Source of the DNA: a virus
Lineage: Duplodnaviria > Caudoviricetes
IMG/VR virus record: IMGVR_UViG_3300037742_000095
Span: 1-63,311 of that record
Strand: one strand, 5' to 3'
Length of the DNA: 63,311 nucleotides
Part shown: piece by piece, positions 1 through 8,928 of the stretch
Numbering within the stretch: the stretch's first letter is position 1
How the letters are laid out: each line of letters opens with the position of its first letter
Notes under the pieces: model-generated
Database searches by the model: none
Seen by the model: the letters and a program-made list of their open reading frames with translations, nothing else
What the model was told of the DNA's origin: nothing
Position numbers and translations under genes: made by a program

Positions 1-127
1 GCAAGATGGCAGCTTCGACGAGCGTGTGCGACTCCCAGTCGGGACCGGTACCGTCCAGCGTCGGATTGTGCGCGTTGACCGTGGCGAACAGCCCGGTCGG
101 TTCGGTGGCGCCGAAACCGCCCTGGAT
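1..127 (+). repeat. 127-bp exact direct repeat of 61669..61795
   Basis: Direct comparison; first mismatch at 128 (T vs G), identity resumes to about 154. Confidence 0.95.
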
Positions 128-232
128 TCCACCGGCGTAGTAGTACGTGGTGCTCGCTTGGGCGGCAGGAACCCCGGCTACACCGACGAGCATGAAGCCC
201 GCGACCACCGCGTAAATGATTCTTTTGAGCAA
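1..232 (-). CDS. 5' part of a second neprosin-like secreted protein gene (truncated by window start)
   Basis: TTG at 232 after GAGAGGAG; reads MLKRIIYAVVAGFMLVGVAGVPAAQASTTYYYAGGIQG..., with mature part matching 61034..61897 but a different signal peptide. Confidence 0.8.
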   Translation of the reverse strand, partial: MLKRIIYAVVAGFMLVGVAGVPAAQASTTYYYAGGIQGGFGATEPTGLFATVNAHNPTLDGTGPDWESHTLVEAAIL

Positions 233-267
233 GACGCTCTCCTCTCGGATTTGTGAATCCGTCCAGA

Positions 268-296
268 ACTTTACAGCACTGCCGGGGAAGTATCAA
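268..296 (-). promoter_or_regulatory. Phage promoter motif copy
   Basis: TTGATA-CTTCCCCGGCAGTGCTG-TAAAGT on minus strand. Confidence 0.75.
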
Positions 297-327
297 ACAG
301 CAGGCCTAGCCGGGGCCGGGCCTGCTG

Positions 328-606
328 TCAGAGGTAGTCGACGCCGATCAGGTCGCAGAAATCGCGATCTCGCTTGGACGTGGCCGGGTGTGGTAGCGCC
401 CATTCGCACTCCCCCATCTCCCGGTCAGCCGGGCCGGGGAAGACCCAGCCGTCACAGAAATAGTTGCCGTTGTAGACCACCGGGTTCTGACCGCACTCCG
501 GGCAGGAGACACCGCCCGAGCGGCCTGCCGGGGAGACGATCCGGCCTTGCCGACCTTCCGGCATCGGACCGTCCGTCTCCCACCACCGAGCGGGGCGCGT
601 GCTCAC
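328..606 (-). CDS. Hypothetical Cys-rich protein
   Basis: CPECG and further Cys; overlaps stop of the upstream gene. Confidence 0.65.
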   Translation of the reverse strand: MSTRPARWWETDGPMPEGRQGRIVSPAGRSGGVSCPECGQNPVVYNGNYFCDGWVFPGPADREMGECEWALPHPATSKRDRDFCDLIGVDYL

Positions 607-815
607 TGTGACCTCCCCTTGGTCAGGTCAGCCAGCACGAATACGCTCCCGGTCATGCCGCCCAGGCCCAGGGCTGTTACCGCGATGACGGAGATCGGGT
701 CTGCGTACTGGCCGAGCGCGGCTAGCCCTCCCAAGATCATTGTTGTCCAGAACCCGGCCAGGATCATCAGCCAGCCGACCACCGAAACCTTCACTTTCCC
801 TGCCACGGAACCCAT
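603..815 (-). CDS. Small two-TM membrane protein
   Basis: ATG at 815 after GAAAGG; two hydrophobic stretches. Confidence 0.6.
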   Translation of the reverse strand: MGSVAGKVKVSVVGWLMILAGFWTTMILGGLAALGQYADPISVIAVTALGLGGMTGSVFVLADLTKGRSQ

Positions 816-1147
816 CCTTTCTCGGTCAGAAACGTGGTCACCTGGTCGACGTCGATTTGTGGAATCAGGGTCGCCGAGCAGTAGTCGCAGGCCAGATAGA
901 AGATCGTCGACACGTCGCTCACACGCAGACGACCGTCCCCTACGCCGCTCCGATTGCGAGGGTGAGTGCCCCAGCTCAGGCGTTTCTCTTCCCCGCACGC
1001 CGGACACACGCCCCGGTTGATCAGCGCGATCCGGCAGTTTTGACAGTCCACATCCTCCACGTCGGTCATCAACGATCTGGGTAGGGCGATCGTCAGCCCG
1101 CACTCGGTGAGCGCGTAGCCGCTGGCTATCAGGTGCCTCTCCATCAC
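791..1147 (-). CDS. Hypothetical Zn-finger protein
   Basis: CQNC, CPAC, CDYC; start directly after promoter motif 1151-1173 (possibly leaderless). Confidence 0.65.
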   Translation of the reverse strand: MMERHLIASGYALTECGLTIALPRSLMTDVEDVDCQNCRIALINRGVCPACGEEKRLSWGTHPRNRSGVGDGRLRVSDVSTIFYLACDYCSATLIPQIDVDQVTTFLTEKGWVPWQGK

Positions 1148-1210
1148 TTCACCTTACCGTCATGGCTGCAAAGAAGGAAGGGGCCCCGGCTGGAGCCGGG
1201 GCCCGCTGGA

Positions 1211-1873
1211 TCACTTGTCGATACAGATGGGGCCAATCCCCGCCGCCCGGCTGGCCTCATCGGTCAGCGTCCGGCCGCAGCGACCGCAGATCCCCAGCTC
1301 CCGGCCGTACCGCACCATCGCGGCCTGCGGGTCCTTGGCGATCTCGGCCAGGATGCTGGTCCGGCGGGCCCGGTCGCGGATCGAGTGCCATTCGTCGCTG
1401 GCCTGGATGTCCAGGAAGACCATGCCCGGGGTCCGGCCGTTCTTGACCTTGAAGAACTTCAGGACCCCGTTCGCCTCGACCGCGTAGCGACCGTCCGCGA
1501 CCTCGGTAGCGGCCGGTGCCGTGGTCTTGGCGGCAGCCTGGGCCAGCTCGCGCTTCTTGGCGATCAAGCGACCGATCCAGCGCTTGGTGTTCTCCGGGGT
1601 CCAGGCTTTGTTCTCGGTCATGCCTCGGCTGTAGGTGGCTGCTCGCTGGCCGATCGTGGCGTCCAACTCAGCGATCTCATTGCCCAGGTCCATGATCAGC
1701 TTGCACTGGCCGGGAGTGGGTTGGAAGGCCGGAGCCTCCACCGGGACCTCGTCGAGCAGGTCGGCCGGTGCCGTGTCGGTGCGGTTGTAGTTGGCGCCGT
1801 TCGCGTCGTGGAAGGTGCGCAGGAAGCTGGCAGTGTGGGGGTTCTTCCGGTAGTTCCGCTCGATCGTGTGCAT
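1211..1873 (-). CDS. DUF6011-like C-terminal Zn-finger protein
   Basis: CGRCGRTLTDEASRAAGIGPIC, typical of actinophage proteins; RBS GGGGAGG. Confidence 0.75.
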   Translation of the reverse strand: MHTIERNYRKNPHTASFLRTFHDANGANYNRTDTAPADLLDEVPVEAPAFQPTPGQCKLIMDLGNEIAELDATIGQRAATYSRGMTENKAWTPENTKRWIGRLIAKKRELAQAAAKTTAPAATEVADGRYAVEANGVLKFFKVKNGRTPGMVFLDIQASDEWHSIRDRARRTSILAEIAKDPQAAMVRYGRELGICGRCGRTLTDEASRAAGIGPICIDK

Positions 1874-1923
1874 CGTTTTCGTCCCTCCCCCTGGTGACCA
1901 CCCCTTGTGGCCTCACAGGAACT

Positions 1924-1952
1924 ACATTACAGGCATGACTGTAAGGTGTCAA
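1924..1952 (-). promoter_or_regulatory. Phage promoter motif copy with palindromic operator-like core
   Basis: TTGACA-CCTTACAGTCATGCCTG-TAATGT; core TTACAG-N-CATG-N-CTGTAA. Confidence 0.8.
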
Positions 1953-2094
1953 TGAGGGAGGGTGGACGAGTTCCGCCGGACATCTCAGCCGGAACGCCTG
2001 GTCACGGTGCTATTCTGCTGCCAGAACGCGCGGTGCCTGAGTTTCGGACCGGCCGGGCGGTCGAGACACGTAAGCCCTAACAGAGGACGAGACG

Positions 2095-3831
2095 ATGGAA
2101 TTCGAGTTCCCGTTCGAGGTCCCGGCCGACCTGACCGCGCTGAGCGCCGAGGAGTTCGCCGCGTTCGCCGCGCAGGCCCGGGAGCACGCCCGTCAGGCGC
2201 TGGCCGTTGACGAAACCCCGGCGGACGCGCTCATCGCCTACCGCGACCTGATGGTCTCGGTGGACGGGGAGCAGACCCGGCGCTCCGACGAGCTGGCCGC
2301 CGCTGCCGATGCACGCGCCGCGCTGGCCGGTCTGACCGCCGAGCCGGAGCCGGAGCCCGCCCCGGAGCCGGAGCCCGCCCCGGAGCCCGCCCCAGTCCCG
2401 GGCAGCCCGAACCAGCCCGCCCCGGCGCCCGGCAACCCGGCGCCGCGCTCCGAGCCGACCGGCAGCACCCTGGATGATCCTGAGCCGGAGCCGCGTGAGC
2501 ACTCCGCCGTACTCATCGCGTCGGCCGACGCCCCCGGCGTACGCGGTCAGCTGGACGACTTCAGCGCGGTCGGACGCTTGCTCGACACCCAGTTCGGCCG
2601 CTACGGCCGCGGTGGCAGCGCGCTCAGCAACGCCCAGGCCGCCGCGCTCAGCGCCCGGAAGATGGGCTCGGGCCGCTACCGGATGCCCGGCGGCCGGTCG
2701 CTCATCCGCCACTCGATCGCCGCGATCCAGCGCGAGTACGCGCCGGAGTTCCGGGTGACCGACGGTAACGACGCGCGCCGGGTCATCGAGCACGCCCGCA
2801 ACGAGCGTCGCCTCCCCGGTGGCTCGCTCGCACAGTCAGCTCAGCGTCAGGTGGACGCCGGTCGGTCACTGACCGCCGCCGCTGGCTGGTGCGCCCCGTC
2901 CGAGATCATCTACGAGCTGTGTTCGTTGTCCTCGATGGACGGGATGCTGGACATCCCCACCATCCAGGCCAGCCGGGGCGGATTCCAGATCCCGGAGGAC
3001 GGCGGCCCCAACTTCGCGACGATCTATGACCTGATCGGCGACGAGGGCGACGTCATCCTCACCGAGTACGAGGTCGAGAACGGCGCCGAGAAGGTCTGTG
3101 TCGAGGTCCCCTGCCCGCCGTTCGTGGACATCCGGCTGGACGTGGCCTACCTCTGCCTCACCGGTAACCTGCTCCAGCAGCGCGGCTACCCCGAGGCGGT
3201 CACCCAGTTCAGCCAGGAGGCGGTCACCGCGCTGGCCCACAAGGTCAACGCCTCGATGATCGCGCGCCTGGTGGCGGGCTCCACCGCTCCGGCGACCATC
3301 GCCGAGCCCGCCAGCTCGGACGACGCGGCCAGCAACCTGCTGTCGGCCGTCGAGCTGGCGATCATGGACATGCGGTACCGCAACCGCATGAGCCTCAACA
3401 CGACCGTTGAGGTCGTCTTCCCGGCCTGGGTTGTCGGCCCCATCCGGGCCTCGCTGGCCCGGCGCCAGGGCGTCGCCGAGATGGCCGTCTCGGACTCGCA
3501 GATCGTCAGCTGGTTCACGCTGCGCGGTGCCCGCGTCCAGTTCGTCTACGACTGGCAGGACGCTTTCACCGGCGGTGCGTTCGGTGGCTCCGACTCGGCG
3601 ACGGCCTTCCCGACCACGGTCACCTTCCTGGTCTACCCGGCCGGTACCTGGGTCAAGGGGGAGCAGGACGTCATCAGCCTGGACACGGTCTACGACAACG
3701 CGATGCTGACCAGCAACCAGTTCACGGCCCTCTTTGTCGAGGATGGCCTGAGCGCGATGAAGATGTGCTCGGACTCGCGCCTCTACACCACCGATGTCAG
3801 CCCGGCCGGTATCACCGGCTGCTGCGCTTGA
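2095..3831 (+). CDS. Major capsid protein with N-terminal scaffold-like, Pro-rich extension
   Basis: SLTAAAGWCAPSEIIYELC motif of actinophage capsid (hexamer-type) proteins; follows head protease in circular order. Confidence 0.85.
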   Translation: MEFEFPFEVPADLTALSAEEFAAFAAQAREHARQALAVDETPADALIAYRDLMVSVDGEQTRRSDELAAAADARAALAGLTAEPEPEPAPEPEPAPEPAPVPGSPNQPAPAPGNPAPRSEPTGSTLDDPEPEPREHSAVLIASADAPGVRGQLDDFSAVGRLLDTQFGRYGRGGSALSNAQAAALSARKMGSGRYRMPGGRSLIRHSIAAIQREYAPEFRVTDGNDARRVIEHARNERRLPGGSLAQSAQRQVDAGRSLTAAAGWCAPSEIIYELCSLSSMDGMLDIPTIQASRGGFQIPEDGGPNFATIYDLIGDEGDVILTEYEVENGAEKVCVEVPCPPFVDIRLDVAYLCLTGNLLQQRGYPEAVTQFSQEAVTALAHKVNASMIARLVAGSTAPATIAEPASSDDAASNLLSAVELAIMDMRYRNRMSLNTTVEVVFPAWVVGPIRASLARRQGVAEMAVSDSQIVSWFTLRGARVQFVYDWQDAFTGGAFGGSDSATAFPTTVTFLVYPAGTWVKGEQDVISLDTVYDNAMLTSNQFTALFVEDGLSAMKMCSDSRLYTTDVSPAGITGCCA

Positions 3832-3927
3832 CGTTCGTGATCTCTCCCCGGTGCCGGACCACTTGACGAAGCGGCGCCCCGGCACCGGGGAGCACGACTT
3901 GAGATCACGAATGGAGGTGAGCAACTG

Positions 3928-4791
3928 ATGGCCCTGATTCCTGGACTGGCGGTTGAACCGCCCGAGCCGCTCGGGCGCCGTCCCGGCCTGTTCGACGCGG
4001 CCAGCGGCCCGCTGCCGCTGGCCACCCACGGCGAGGGCGGTGGCGTCCGCTACACGCCGGTGACTTGCGGGGAGGGCTACGCCTATGGCGTGTCCTGTTA
4101 TGACGGCGAGGTAGCCGCTCCGGCCAAGACGATCGATGCCGATGCCGCCGAGGTGGCCACTGGCGTGTTCCTGGCGCTGGCCACCCTCGGCTGTAACGCG
4201 GTCGGCTACTCCGAGGAGGAGCTTCGGACCAAGGTCCGGCGCCGCCTGGAGGGCGCGGAACAGCATGTCGCCGAGCGGGTCTTCTGGACCGGTGAGGACG
4301 ACGCGGGCAACGACATCGACATCTTGAGCCTGGAGAAGAACGCCACGGCGATCTTCCCCCCGGCCGCAGGTATCGACCAGATAACCACCGTGCTGGCCAC
4401 CCTGGAGGAGTACGCCTACCTGACCCAGAGCTACGGCTACCGGGCCTACGTCCACGCTCCGGCCCGGTTCGCGCCGTACGCGGCCGAGGCTGGCCTGATC
4501 ATCCCCGAGGGCCCCGGCCCGAACGCCCGCAAGCTGACCCCCAACGGGTCGGTCTGGGTCTTCGGTGGCGGCTACCCGGGAACCGGCGCCAGCGGTGGCT
4601 CCGGCTGGCCGGGTGGTGGCTTCCTGCACATCACCGGTCAGACGACTGTCTGGCGGGCCTCGGAGACGCAGGTCTACTCCACGTACGAGACGGCCACCAA
4701 CCAACGGTTGCTGGTCGCTGAGCGGGCGTACGCGGTCTCTTACGACTGCTTCAACGCTCGGGCCGAATTCAACCCGTTGAACCTCTCGTAA
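3928..4791 (+). CDS. Second capsid-associated protein (putative pentamer-type capsid protein)
   Basis: Position after the major capsid gene, strong RBS, size; family assignment is recollection only. Confidence 0.55.
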   Translation: MALIPGLAVEPPEPLGRRPGLFDAASGPLPLATHGEGGGVRYTPVTCGEGYAYGVSCYDGEVAAPAKTIDADAAEVATGVFLALATLGCNAVGYSEEELRTKVRRRLEGAEQHVAERVFWTGEDDAGNDIDILSLEKNATAIFPPAAGIDQITTVLATLEEYAYLTQSYGYRAYVHAPARFAPYAAEAGLIIPEGPGPNARKLTPNGSVWVFGGGYPGTGASGGSGWPGGGFLHITGQTTVWRASETQVYSTYETATNQRLLVAERAYAVSYDCFNARAEFNPLNLS

Positions 4792-4804
4792 GGGGAGACC
4801 TCTC

Positions 4805-5491
4805 ATGGCCAACCTGGTCTGTGCCAAGCCTCTCCAGGGGTCAACCCTCCGGGTGACCCGTCTGGACGAGTGCGGCAACATCGAATACGGGGAGTGCGCG
4901 TACGCAGTCTCCGACGGTTTCGTGTCCGTCACCCTCACCCCCAACACGGAGGAGGGTGAGCGGTTCCTTCAGCGCGGCGCCAACGGCCGGGCCATCGTGA
5001 ATCAGCGCGGTGCCCCGATCCTCAACTGGTACGACGTCTCGGCGGTCTTCCAGGAGGTGGATCCGGAGCTGTTCACCATCATCACGGGCCTGGAACCCTA
5101 CATGGACGACCAGGACCGGGTGATCGGGTTCCCGGTGACCGAGTCCGACTACGCCACCGCAAACTTCGCGCTGGAACTGTGGATGGGCAACGCCGAGGAG
5201 GCGTGCACCGGCGCTGACCCGTTCTACGGCTACAACCTGCTCCCTTGGGTGACCGAGGGCGCGCTGGCCGAGGACATCGTGATTCAGAACGACCTGATCA
5301 CGTTCACCGTCAACGGCCGGACCCGCAAGGGCACGCCGTGGGGCGTCGGCCCGTACGACGTCGTGATTGATGCGGCGGATGCACCGTCCCCGCTCTACAC
5401 CACGATCCCGGACGACACGCATCACCTGCCGATCTGGACCCAGCTGGCGCCGCCGGAGGCCAGCTGCGGTTGCCAGTCGCTCAGCTCCTGA
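4805..5491 (+). CDS. Major tail protein
   Basis: LRVTRLDECG...SDGFVSVTL...PWGVGPYDV resembles actinophage tail tube proteins; followed by a terminator. Confidence 0.75.
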   Translation: MANLVCAKPLQGSTLRVTRLDECGNIEYGECAYAVSDGFVSVTLTPNTEEGERFLQRGANGRAIVNQRGAPILNWYDVSAVFQEVDPELFTIITGLEPYMDDQDRVIGFPVTESDYATANFALELWMGNAEEACTGADPFYGYNLLPWVTEGALAEDIVIQNDLITFTVNGRTRKGTPWGVGPYDVVIDAADAPSPLYTTIPDDTHHLPIWTQLAPPEASCGCQSLSS

Positions 5492-5505
5492 TCGACTCGG
5501 AAGAA

Positions 5506-5547
5506 CGAAACAGGCCTGGCGGTAACTTCCCCGCCGGGCCTGTTTCG
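5506..5547 (+). terminator. Hairpin terminator
   Basis: CGAAACAGGCCTGGCGG / CCGCCGGGCCTGTTTCG. Confidence 0.7.
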
Positions 5548-5585
5548 CACCGTATGCTGGGCCTGACCAGCAGGGGAGGGACGCC

Positions 5586-6404
5586 ATGGCGCAACCGTGT
5601 ACGACCTGGGACGTTGACCCGGCCGCGCTCGGCGTGTGCTCGGGATGGAACGAGTACTCCGCAGAGATCAAGTTCTGGTCCCTGAAGCTGGCCACACTGT
5701 GGCTCTGGGGTGCGACCGGCCGCCGGTTCGGGCCCTGCCCGATCACCGTCCGGCCCGCTCAGCCCAAGGGCTCCCCGCTGGCGTACCGGGATTACCCCGC
5801 GATGCCCGGCGCCGAGGGCCTGGGCGTGCCGGGCGGTCCCTACCTGTACGCCGGTCGCTGGTACAACGCCGGGTGCACGATGGGCTGCTGCGGATCGGGC
5901 GGTTGCTCGATCGTGCTCCGCGGACCCGTGTACGCCATCGACGAGGTACTGGTGGACGGGACCGTGGTCCCCCCGTCAGCTTATCGGGTCGACGTCACGG
6001 GCGGTGCCTGGTTGCTCGTTCGTACGGATGGCAGTTGCTGGCCGACCTGCCAGAACTTCACCCGGGCCACCACCGAGGACGACACGTTCGAGGTCAGTTA
6101 CTCGATCGGGGAGGAGATCCCGGACGGACTCCTGCTGGCTGCCGGGATGCTGGCCTGCGAGTACGGCAGCCATCTGACCGGCGGCCGGTGCGCGCTGCCC
6201 GCCAAGATGACCCGGCTCTCACGCCAAGGCGTCGAGGTGGAGATCGAACCACCCAGTCCGGCGGACGGCCGGACCGGCATCGCGATGGTGGACAGCGTCG
6301 TGGCGACGCTGAACCCGAGCGGGCTGAAGGCGCCGCCGGTCGTGCTCTCGCTCGACCTCCCCGAGCAGTGCGATCGGTTCACCGTGATCCCGGCGGGCAG
6401 CTGA
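5586..6404 (+). CDS. Head-to-tail adaptor
   Basis: LWGATGRRFGPCPITVRP, CALP...LSRQGV, TGI..VD motifs; synteny. Confidence 0.7.
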   Translation: MAQPCTTWDVDPAALGVCSGWNEYSAEIKFWSLKLATLWLWGATGRRFGPCPITVRPAQPKGSPLAYRDYPAMPGAEGLGVPGGPYLYAGRWYNAGCTMGCCGSGGCSIVLRGPVYAIDEVLVDGTVVPPSAYRVDVTGGAWLLVRTDGSCWPTCQNFTRATTEDDTFEVSYSIGEEIPDGLLLAAGMLACEYGSHLTGGRCALPAKMTRLSRQGVEVEIEPPSPADGRTGIAMVDSVVATLNPSGLKAPPVVLSLDLPEQCDRFTVIPAGS

Positions 6405-6405
6405 G

Positions 6406-6957
6406 ATGGCCATCTCCGACCCCCTCGTCATGCCGCTGGCCCTGGAGCTGCTGGAGTGCTACGAGCAGGAGCTGGCCAAGGTAGCCAGTCCGCCGGAGTA
6501 CATCGGCATCCGGCCGGGCACCACCGTTGACTTTCTCCTGTCAACGTCCGAGGACGAGTGCTGCGCCGGGCTGGCCTGGATCCGCCCCGCCGGGTTCTTC
6601 CCCAGCTCGGGCCCGTTTCCGAACCCGGATGAGACGCCATTGACCAAGGGCGTGCTGGCCTGGGGAGTGACGCTGGAGATGGGCATCGTGGTCTGCGCCC
6701 CGACGCCGGATGCCAACGCGATCCCCAGCGCCGAGGACTGGCTGGCCACCACTCAGGAAGTCATGGACGCGGCGGCCGCGATGCGGCGGGCGATCTGCTG
6801 CTTCATCGACGCCAAGCCGAACCAGCGCAAACAGAACGTTCTCCCCGGCCTTTGGCAGCCGGTGGCAGTGCAGGGCGGCTGTGTCGGCGGTGTCCTGCCG
6901 GTCACGCTGCGCGGACCAGCCTGTGATTGCGTGGACGCGGGGCCGACCTCATCCTGA
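6406..6957 (+). CDS. Virion neck / tail-terminator-like protein
   Basis: Synteny; C-terminal QGGCVGG motif. Confidence 0.55.
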   Translation: MAISDPLVMPLALELLECYEQELAKVASPPEYIGIRPGTTVDFLLSTSEDECCAGLAWIRPAGFFPSSGPFPNPDETPLTKGVLAWGVTLEMGIVVCAPTPDANAIPSAEDWLATTQEVMDAAAAMRRAICCFIDAKPNQRKQNVLPGLWQPVAVQGGCVGGVLPVTLRGPACDCVDAGPTSS

Positions 6958-6961
6958 ACAG

Positions 6962-7570
6962 CAAGCGGCCCCCACGGGGATCTCTGCCACACGTAGGGGC
7001 CGCGCCAACTGAGAAGTACTTTACAGGCGTTGCTGCGAAGATTACAAGGGTTCACCTCACGTCATTGTGAACCTTGTCCGGAATCACGACTGAATTGGTC
7101 CTGATGCCCGCATTACGTTCGCGGCACTCGGTGTCCATCAGTATCCGGCTGTTTGGTGCAACCCGAGGGACGGACGATGACCAGGGTTTCCCCTGCCGTG
7201 TTTGCTCTCCCTCCGCTCGGGCTCGTGACGACGGGTGAACTTGAACCACCGGGGCCTATCGGCCACTCCTCCCCCTCAGAACCGTTGATCAGACGGGCGG
7301 TTTGCCGGGACGTGCGCACGTCCTGCACAACCAGGGGTGCTCTACCAACTGAGCTACGTCGCCTAGTTTTGGTGCGACCTGGCCGGGATTACTCCCGGCC
7401 AGGTCAGCCGGATTCTGGTGGGCCGACTCCCCTGGTCCCGCTTCGCTCCGGACCTCAAGCGCTCCCTTGCTGCTGCGGTCTTTGAGTAAGGCAGGAGAGG
7501 TGTCGATTTTCCCTTGGGGATCGATCCTTCCGACCCTTGCGGTTATTGCTGTTCCCGGCCTGCCTTACAA
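6962..7570 (-). ncRNA. Putative ~600-nt structured non-coding transcript
   Basis: No credible ORF; minus-strand promoter 7576-7604; many hairpins, with GNRA loops on the minus strand. Confidence 0.6.
7226..7363 (-). tRNA. Aberrant tRNA-like RNA (138 nt) with expanded anticodon arm
   Basis: Acceptor GGCGACG/CGTCGTC, D-arm TAGCTCAGTTGGTAGAGC, T-arm GGTGG-TTCAAGT-TCACC, stem CCCCT/AGGGG enclosing 56 nt. Confidence 0.7.
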
Positions 7571-7575
7571 GATGA

Positions 7576-7604
7576 ACCTTACCGGCATGCCGGGGAGGTG
7601 TCAA
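7576..7604 (-). promoter_or_regulatory. Phage promoter motif copy driving the ncRNA region
   Basis: TTGACA-CCTCCCCGGCATGCCGG-TAAGGT. Confidence 0.8.
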
Positions 7605-7620
7605 CCCGTATCGTGAAGAC

Positions 7621-8034
7621 ATGGTCGCTCACACGCTTCGGCTCAACAAGCCCCAGCTCAACGGGGTCGGCATCCGCGGGGCCCGGCGAGCTGTCGGCCG
7701 GGTGGTCCGGCAGACTTTGAACCGGTCCCAGGCGCTTTGCCCGGTGGACACCGGGAACCTGCGCGCCACCGGCCAGAGCAACGTCACCACTGCGGGCCTG
7801 GTGGTCGTCGGGGAGGTCGTCTACACGGCGGACTACGCCGCTGCCGTGCACAACGGCCGCCGCGCGCTGACCATCCGGTCCACCCGGCCCGGCGGCATGC
7901 TGAGGTTCCTCGTCGGCGGCCGGACGGTCTACGCCCGGCAGGTCCACCAGCCCGCTCGGGCCGGGCGCCCGTTCCTGGCTACCGCGCTCCGGGAGGTCGC
8001 GGCTCAGGAAGGCTTCTCGGTCTCGATCGGCTGA
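7621..8034 (+). CDS. HK97 gp10-like tail completion protein
   Basis: CPVDTGNLRAT, YAAAVHNG, RPFL motifs. Confidence 0.75.
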   Translation: MVAHTLRLNKPQLNGVGIRGARRAVGRVVRQTLNRSQALCPVDTGNLRATGQSNVTTAGLVVVGEVVYTADYAAAVHNGRRALTIRSTRPGGMLRFLVGGRTVYARQVHQPARAGRPFLATALREVAAQEGFSVSIG

Positions 8035-8092
8035 CTATGATCTGGCACTAGCCGCGCTGAGATGTCCCCCTCCTCTCGGTTACAGTGACACC

Positions 8093-8524
8093 ATGACTGA
8101 ACAGGGTGGGGAGCAGGCACAGGAGGTGCCGCCGGAGCTGGAAATCGTTTTCAAGTTGGAAAACGCCAGCGGCGGCCCGGTGCACGAACGTGCGATGTGG
8201 GTCAAGATGCCGACCCCGGAGAAGATCCTGGTCTGGCAGCGCACGGTGGACCGTCTGACCAAGGTCGCACCGGATGCCAGCTGGACCGGTTCTGAAGTGA
8301 TGGCTGCTCTGGAACGGCTCCGCAAGATCATAGATTCGCTGCTGGTCAATCAGACCGACGTGGTCTGGATCGATGACCAGTTCCTGGAGGGAACGCTGAA
8401 CTTCCGGACGCTGGCGCCGTTCGTCAACCAGGCAGCTTTGGCATTCCAGCAGGTGATAGCCGAGAGCGGCAACCGTGAGACCCGACGCGCTGCCAAGAAG
8501 GCGGTCAAGAGGAAGGCACCGTAA
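8093..8524 (+). CDS. Putative tail assembly chaperone
   Basis: Synteny; NRETRRAAK C-terminus common in such chaperones. Confidence 0.45.
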   Translation: MTEQGGEQAQEVPPELEIVFKLENASGGPVHERAMWVKMPTPEKILVWQRTVDRLTKVAPDASWTGSEVMAALERLRKIIDSLLVNQTDVVWIDDQFLEGTLNFRTLAPFVNQAALAFQQVIAESGNRETRRAAKKAVKRKAP

Positions 8525-8928
8525 TGGAGAGTCTCGGAGAGATCGATTCTCAGTTCGTGGCAGGCACCCGCGAGCACGCGGCGGTCAGCACGGAGGGCAG
8601 GCATCCCGGTGTCGTCACGGCGCTGGCGTGGTTGACCTACTCCCACCTCCCCGAGGAGCTGCGTACCTACTCAGCGCCGTTCTATCACGCGGCCATCGAC
8701 CTGATCGGTAGCATCCGGGTGGACTCGGCTGAGCTGACCAGCGCGCTCAACCGGCTGGTGGAAGCCAAGGACTGGGCGGTCCGGGCAGGCATCCGTGCAC
8801 GCTCGGGTCAGCCTGGTCCGCACCTGCGTCCGCAGACCGTGGTGGACCGGCCGGAGTTCCGAGGCTCGGTCGACAACCGCATCGGCCCGAACTTCGGCCG
8901 CCCGATCCAGGACCGGCCGCAGGCATGA
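8524..8928 (+). CDS. Small helical protein, possible Acb2/Tad1-like hairpin domain
   Basis: YSHLPEELRTYSAPF...SAELTSALNRLVEAKDWAVRA. Confidence 0.5.
   Translation: MESLGEIDSQFVAGTREHAAVSTEGRHPGVVTALAWLTYSHLPEELRTYSAPFYHAAIDLIGSIRVDSAELTSALNRLVEAKDWAVRAGIRARSGQPGPHLRPQTVVDRPEFRGSVDNRIGPNFGRPIQDRPQA

Noticed and set aside
2338-2400. GAGCCG-type tandem repeats (also the Thr/Pro repeats at about 41580-41710)
   Set aside because: Ordinary low-complexity protein linkers
3844-3892. Tenth guide unit after the capsid gene (14-bp stem, loop starting ACCA)
   Set aside because: The loop is only 21 nt and lacks the CGnnnnCCA middle motif; more likely a terminator or stabilising hairpin
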